63,747 bases of DNA from contig NC_068989.1 in assembly GCF_001194135.2 (NCBI RefSeq), positions 71,580,419 to 71,644,165 on the forward strand, read 5' to 3'. Under the pieces are notes generated by a model that ran no database searches, was not told the origin of the DNA, and saw only the letters and a list, made by a program, of their open reading frames with translations. Each line of letters opens with the position of its first letter. The first letter of the stretch is position 1. Shown here one piece after another: positions 57,657-63,747 of the stretch. This stretch comes from Octopus bimaculoides (taxonomy: Eukaryota). The translations under genes were made by a program, and so were the position numbers.

Positions 57657-58202
57657 TTTGAAATCAGGAAATAATGAGTAAAACAAATCTGTAAAAAGTG
57701 ATATTATGTCAAGTTAGGAGGAGGAAAATGATGACGAATATTGTATATCATTGCTTGTGTGTATTCAGTTGTTGAGACATGGTTTCTATAACTGGATGCC
57801 CTTCCTAATGCCAACCACTTAACAGTGTGTGATGGGTGCTTTTTACGTGTCACCAGCACAGGTGCATTTGGCATGTAAAATGCACCCAGCACACATCTGT
57901 TTGTCCCCCCCCCCCACTGCTGTTTTATAACCAGTGTTGGTTTGTTTACATATCCGAAAACTCGCAGTTTGGTAAGAGAACCTAAACGAATAAGTACCGG
58001 GGTCAATTCATTCAACTAAAATCTGTTCAAGGCAGTATTCTAGCATGGCCACAGTTCAATGACTGAGACAACAGACAAAGATCAGTACTTGTTGCTAATA
58101 TAAAAATGGAAACTCAATAGATTGGTCCAGTTGTCTTGGAAAGTAAAATGAAACATAAACCTTCAGAAAAAGAAAATATTTTCTGAAGATAATTGTTGTT
58201 GT

Positions 58203-58571
58203 TGGCATTCCGTCGCTTACGACGTCGAGGGTTCCAGTTGATCCGATCAACGGAACAGCCTGCTCGTGAAATTAACGTGCAAGTGGCTGAGCACTCCACA
58301 GACACGTGTACACTTAACGTAGTTCTCGTGGATATTCAGTGTGACAAGGCTGACCCTTTGAATTACAGGCACAACAGAAACAGGAAGTAAGAGTGAGAGA
58401 AAGTTGTGGTGAAAGAGTACAGCAGGGTTCGCCACCATCCCCTGCCGGAGCCTCGTGGAGCTTTAGGTGTTTTTGCTCAATAAACACTCACAGTGCCCGG
58501 TCTGGGAATTGAAACCGCGATCCTATGACCGCGAGTCCGCTGCCCTAACTACTGGGCCATTGCGCCTCCAC
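58203..58571 (-). mobile_element. SINE family B, near full length
   Basis: tRNA-like head (ggaggcgcaatggcccagtagttagggcagcggactcgcgg...gtttcaattcccaga). Body shared with 2450, 11595, 19350, 53845. Confidence 0.88.
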
Positions 58572-59061
58572 NNNNNNNNNNNNNNNNNNNNNNNNNNNNN
58601 NNNNNNNNNNNNNNNNNNNNNNNNNNNNNNNNNNNNNNNNNNNNNNNNNNNNNNNNNNNNNNNNNNNNNNNNNNNNNNNNNNNNNNNNNNNNNNNNNNNN
58701 NNNNNNNNNNNNNNNNNNNNNNNNNNNNNNNNNNNNNNNNNNNNNNNNNNNNNNNNNNNNNNNNNNNNNNNNNNNNNNNNNNNNNNNNNNNNNNNNNNNN
58801 NNNNNNNNNNNNNNNNNNNNNNNNNNNNNNNNNNNNNNNNNNNNNNNNNNNNNNNNNNNNNNNNNNNNNNNNNNNNNNNNNNNNNNNNNNNNNNNNNNNN
58901 NNNNNNNNNNNNNNNNNNNNNNNNNNNNNNNNNNNNNNNNNNNNNNNNNNNNNNNNNNNNNNNNNNNNNNNNNNNNNNNNNNNNNNNNNNNNNNNNNNNN
59001 NNNNNNNNNNNNNNNNNNNNNNNNNNNNNNNNNNNNNNNNNNNNNNNNNNNNNNNNNNNNN

Positions 59062-59380
59062 TGGCACCTTGGGCAAGTGTCTTCTACTATAGCCTCTGGC
59101 CGACCAAAGCCTTGTGAGTGGATTTGGTAGACGGAAACTGAAAGAAGCCCGTCGTATATATGTATATATATATATGTATGTGTTTGTCCCCCCACAACAT
59201 AGCTTGACAACCGATGCTGGTATGTTTACGTCCCCGTAACTTAGCGGTTCGGCAAAAGAGACCAATAGAATAAGTACTAGGCATCCAAAGAATAAGTCCT
59301 GGGGTCGATTTGCTCGACTAAAGGCGGTGCTCCAGCATGGCCACAGTCAAATGACTGAAACAAGTAAAAGAGAGTAAAGA
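59062..59380 (+). mobile_element. SINE family A, young copy (head in gap)
   Basis: CpG-intact copy of the family. Confidence 0.88.
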
Positions 59381-59884
59381 GTACTAGTCAATTCGTTAAC
59401 TAATTTACCAATTAGCTAATTGATTGCTTGACTAATTGCCATTCATGACCTCATCAATAACATAGCTACAATGCTCCAGGTCTGTTACACTCTATCCAAA
59501 TTATAAGATTATTTCTAACTAGTAACACACATTTCATTTTATTTATCGATTTATTTGTTTTTGTAAACCACAAACATGGAGAACACAAATTAAATCACCA
59601 CCGTATAAAAACAAACAAATGAATTTCATTGCCAAAAACCAGATCAACAACACCTTCGTTTTTCTCTAATTTCTATTGAAAAACAAAAACCTAACAAATT
59701 TTACAGTAATCATACTTATTGATATTCTATAAATTCTTTTTGGTTTAACAGTTGACCATTAACTCTTTCGAGACACATGTGTAGCCATGTTTTTCCTGTT
59801 GAAATTGAAAATTCTGGGTGCATGTTGAAAACAAAGGACAAAGTGCCTAAAACTAATTTATTAATATGTAAAACTATACATATA

Positions 59885-60045
59885 GGCGCAGGAGTGGCTG
59901 TGTGGTAAGTAGCTTGCTTACCAACCACATGGTTTCGGGTTCATTCCCACTGCATGGCACCTTGGGCAAGTGCCTTCTACTATAGCCTCGGGCCGACCAA
60001 AGCCTTGTGAGTGGATTTGGTAGACAGAAACTGAAAGAAGCCCGT
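59885..60045 (+). mobile_element. SINE family A, 5' module only, flanked by a 57-bp direct repeat
   Basis: Ends at aagcccgt. Flanks 59827-59883 and 60047-60103. Confidence 0.85.
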
Positions 60046-60317
60046 AGAAAACAAAGGACAAAGTGCCTAAAACCAATTTATTAATATGTAAAACTATATA
60101 TATTATATAATTTTATATTATATCAACTGAAAGATGATCCCTGATTGGCTATTATACTTCAAAACGTTTGTTTCATTGGGCCAATGGATCGGCCTCAAAG
60201 TCCTTTTGGTTTGTATCACTTGGGCCACTCAATCGGCCTGGGAGTCTCAAGACGGTTAACAACCTTACAAATTTCATTAGATTCTGGACTTTGCTCTATT
60301 TAGATATGAAAATCATT

Positions 60318-60540
60318 ATCATCATCATCATCATCATTTAACGTCCGCTTTCAATGCTAGCATGGGTTGGACGATTTGACTGAGAACTGGTGGATCAGGT
60401 GGCTACACCAGGCTCCAATCTGATTTGGCAGAGTTTCTACAGCTGGATGCCCTTCCTAACGCCAACCACTCCGAGATTGTAGTGGGTGCTTTTACGTGCC
60501 ACTGGCACGAAGGCCAGTCAGGCGGTACTGGCAACGGCCC
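60318..60540 (-). mobile_element. SINE family D
   Basis: Match to 52280-52500. Confidence 0.85.
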
Positions 60541-60739
60541 CCTTTAAATTTGCTTGGAAACTGATAAGGTGTAAAGAGTGATCCTAACAAAAGCTAATCC
60601 AGGAATAATGAAAGACCAAAATTTAGACAGTGTGATGGTTTTCCCCTGCATAGCTATGGCATTTGGAGTCATTGAGTGTGAGGCAGCACTCTGCTGCAGA
60701 TGCAACTCATTTTCATGATGAACCAATGAAATAGCTTCT

Positions 60740-60990
60740 CTGTTAGGGTGTTGTACTCACAATTGCAAGATCATGGTTTCTCTGTGATTGCTTAGTCTGC
60801 TAAAAACAGCAACCAAATCTACTCAAATCACAACCTGCTAGTACAAGAAAGGATACATTGGATTGTGTTGTGTGGTCCTAGACATATTATGGCTGAAGGG
60901 GAAAAAATGGATGTGGTAGCTATGGTTGGAACACCTGATTGATCATGTTTGATCAATTGGGGGGTAACCAGGGGTTAAACAACAACAGTA
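60740..60990 (+). mobile_element. Repeat family E (SINE-like, tail ggggttaaacaacaaca). Also about 15590-15735, 24905-25000, 40330-40470, 47350-47540
   Basis: Shared ctgctagaaatagcagccaaatct motif and tail. Confidence 0.6.
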
Positions 60991-61839
60991 ATAGCTTTTT
61001 CTTGAAGAGACAGAGTTCCCACCAGAAAGGGAATTTCTATGAAGGCACTGCTTTTTCTTTTGTTTTTAAGACTTAATCAGAAGAAGTGGGGAAACATCTA
61101 TGACCATTTTTTAAAGACCTCCAAGAATCATAGAAGAAAAGAGGAAGAGGTTGTCCTCTTACTGAAAGACCTGGTCTAAATGCTAGCTACAAAAGTGCCA
61201 AAGGATCAGATGGTGATAGTGGTGGCAATGGCAGTGGTGACAGTGGAGGTGGTCATGGTAGTGGTGATTGTGTTAAACAGAATAATGGATCAAGTCTATT
61301 GACCCTAGTAGATTTTGGAAAGATGTCACTTTTTCATTCTTTTTGTTAACAGTTTGTTTTGGCGAGAAGATCTGTATGGCCACAACTTTTACAGACCCTC
61401 TGAGAAAGTGGCATTTGACTTTCTTGACTACCTACAAATCACCAACCGCAAGAAAAATACAAGGGTAAGGTATAAATTACAGATGGCTGTAATTCTCCTT
61501 AGGAGAAATATTGGGCTTGGTGGCTAGTTCAGGTTGTGATAGTTGCCACAATAGTAAGAGGAGGACAGTGGTCACAATATTGATGATGGAGAGGAGGAGA
61601 GTTAAGAAAATTACTTGGATGGACCTGAGTAGAGGTAACATGAGACCAACCACCTCCAAGGGACAGAGGCCACTGGTAGTAGTGACATAAAATGCATAAT
61701 TGAAGAGGTTGAAGTGTGTTAGTAAGCAGCTCCATGCCCTGCCAACTAGTCAGGTAGTTTTTTGTGTGGTGGGGGATGTCTTATAAAATGTACAGGTGAT
61801 GGTTCTCCAAAAGGTGGACGTATAGAATATCTGGAAATA

Positions 61840-62170
61840 GGTGCAGGCATGGCTGTGTGGTAAGAAGTTTGCTTCCCAACAACATGGTTCTGGGTTCAGT
61901 CCCACTGTGTGAAACCTTAGGCAGACCAAAGCCTTGTGATAGGATTTTGAAGACTGAAACTGAAAGAAGCCCATTGTATACACTTGTGTGTATGTTGTTT
62001 GTCCCCCACCATTGCTTGACAACTGGTGTTGGTGTGTTTACATCCTCATAACTTAGTGGTTCAGCAAAAGAGACCAACAGAAAAAGTACTGAAGTTGATT
62101 CATTTGACTAAAATTCTTCAAGGCAGTGCCCCAACATGACCACAGTCTAATGCCTGAAACAAGTAAAATA
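61840..62170 (+). mobile_element. SINE family A (tRNA head, internal TA/TG microsatellite, 3' module ending ctgaaacaagtaaaa), full length
   Basis: A/B-box-like head and multi-copy identity within the window. Confidence 0.88.
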
Positions 62171-63747
62171 ACAAAGTAATAAAAGAATAAAAATATAGAC
62201 TTGTCAATTATACCCAGTCATTCACCTTGCTACACAAAGTGAAAATATGTGTAGCAGCAATACTGTCCAAATGTATGGGACAGTCCTTCACCGTGGGGTC
62301 TTACTTGATCTTGATAGAGTGTTAGCAACTGTCGAGAGCTGAAATATTTATTTTCTGGCCCCTAGAAACACAGACTTGTCAAAAGAACATATCTAAATAC
62401 ACTAAGGTGTTTTAAAAACAGTTCATTCCATTTCTGACAATCTGTACCTCTAACTTAGGCTTACGAATGACACACTTCATTTTGTCGGGAACCAACTGAA
62501 AGACAACATGAGGTCACCTAGATGATATTGAAAGGAATTGACAGTCATGGTATCACATTTCTTTGATAATTATGTAACATAATTAGAAACAAACAAACCA
62601 CAAAGACATTTTTCTCTCAGATAAGAAATTCTGGCTAATGAACTCCATCTGAGAAACTAAAAAAAATTGCTTTTAATCTAGTTTCTCTCTCTCTCCCATT
62701 CTGTATGTCCCCTCTCACTGTCTCTCTCTATGTATGTCCCTCTCTCCCTGTGTAAGTCCCTCTCCCTCTCTGTCTCTCTTTCTGCATGTCACCCCCCCTC
62801 TCTCTCTCTGTATGTCTTCCTCCCCATCTCTTGAATTTTGTAGGCAAAAACTATGTGGATGCCCATACTCATCATCTCATCATCATCACTTAACATCCGT
62901 TTTCCATGCTGGCATGGGTTGGACAGTTTTCCATCTACCAAATCCACTCGCAAGGCTTTGGTCAACCTGAGGCTATGTTAGAAGACACTTGGTAATGTGC
63001 CACACAGTGGGACTGAACCAAGAACCATGTGGCTGGGAAGCCTGTACCTGGAGATATTTGGAAATAATTGTTTCAAAAAATTTGTCACAGATCTAAATCA
63101 CAAACAGGAATCTCTCCGCCATTTTTTCTCTTTCAGTTAGCTATCATTAAAATGGTTCTTGTCAACTGACAAACTGTCATTGTCTACACTAAAAACTTCA
63201 CAGTTTATAAAGCATTGTTACATGTCTAACAGGTCCATTGGCAACTAATTTAACTTAGTTGACAATTGTTTGTCACAGAGAAAGGGAGAAAGGAAAAAGC
63301 AGTGGCTGCAATTCTATAGGAAGGACAGGTTCTGGATAGTTAGTTATGCCTCCCATTAACACACACACACAGATGTGAGGAACTTAACAACCGGGTTATA
63401 ATTGGTATGAAATTTCAGAAACGAAAGTATTTGCATCATTATGGTGCAGTAATGTAAGCTGTCAGCTTTAAGAATACAGGACAAGAAGGAAAGAAAATAA
63501 ATTACATCACCACTATCACTATCATCATCATCATCATCATCACCATCATCAACACCACCACCGCCACTACCATTCTCTTTAAAACCAACATCAACATAAC
63601 AACTAGTATCAATTTAATTGTCAAGGACAACTTCACTGAATTCTTGTAAAATATAGGGTAACTGTCTCTGAGTGTGAAAAAGCTATGTTTTTTATTTTAT
63701 GTTTTTTTTTGTATTTTACAAGGGATGGGAGGAAACTGTTTCAATTG

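Larger units (their letters stand above)
2171..59061. other. Assembly gaps: 2171-2449, 32673-32906, 35760-36482, 37186-37686, 39201-39338, 50175-50573, 58572-59061
   Basis: N runs. All X-containing ORFs in the track are artefacts of these. Confidence 1.

Noticed and set aside
32616-59284. Long X-containing ORFs at all gaps
   Set aside because: Artefacts of N runs.
11595-61900. tRNA-like sequences with A/B boxes
   Set aside because: They are SINE heads followed by SINE bodies, not tRNA genes.
63113-63126. YY1-like CCGCCATTTT as the TBC1D24 promoter
   Set aside because: Isolated motif in CpG-poor sequence; the true first exon is probably outside the window.
1-63747. CRISPR arrays, rRNA, prokaryotic systems, intact autonomous TE ORFs
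   Set aside because: None seen. This is eukaryotic intron-rich DNA and the repeats are dispersed or microsatellite, not spacer-separated.

Overview
AT-rich, repeat-dense animal genomic DNA with 7 N-gaps. The SINE repertoire looks like that of Octopus (recalled, not searched). The main content is one minus-strand gene, a TBC1D24/skywalker ortholog (TBC + TLDc). I reconstructed it as 9 coding exons from ATG 55076 to TGA 10897, all with GT-AG sites and consistent phases (1626 nt, 541 aa). Best leads: (1) an upstream spliced exon (57198-57688) holding a complete 148-aa ORF that stops before the donor, while the TBC1D24 ATG has its own in-frame upstream stop, suggesting a bicistronic or long-uORF transcript; (2) several candidate alternative exons in the 18.4-kb TBC-TLDc linker intron, including a 78/81-nt cassette, 18-nt and 15-nt microexons, and a TLDc-truncating exon; (3) a CpG-rich intragenic domain with a sense-oriented TATA/CCAAT/E-box cluster that might drive a TLDc-only isoform; (4) four fold-back elements abutting (TA)n runs, with hammerhead-like relics near one; (5) a decayed CRE-clade retrotransposon. 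The rest is SINEs, TTAA-flanked and hAT-type MITEs and microsatellites. Repeat coordinates are approximate. No database search was run.
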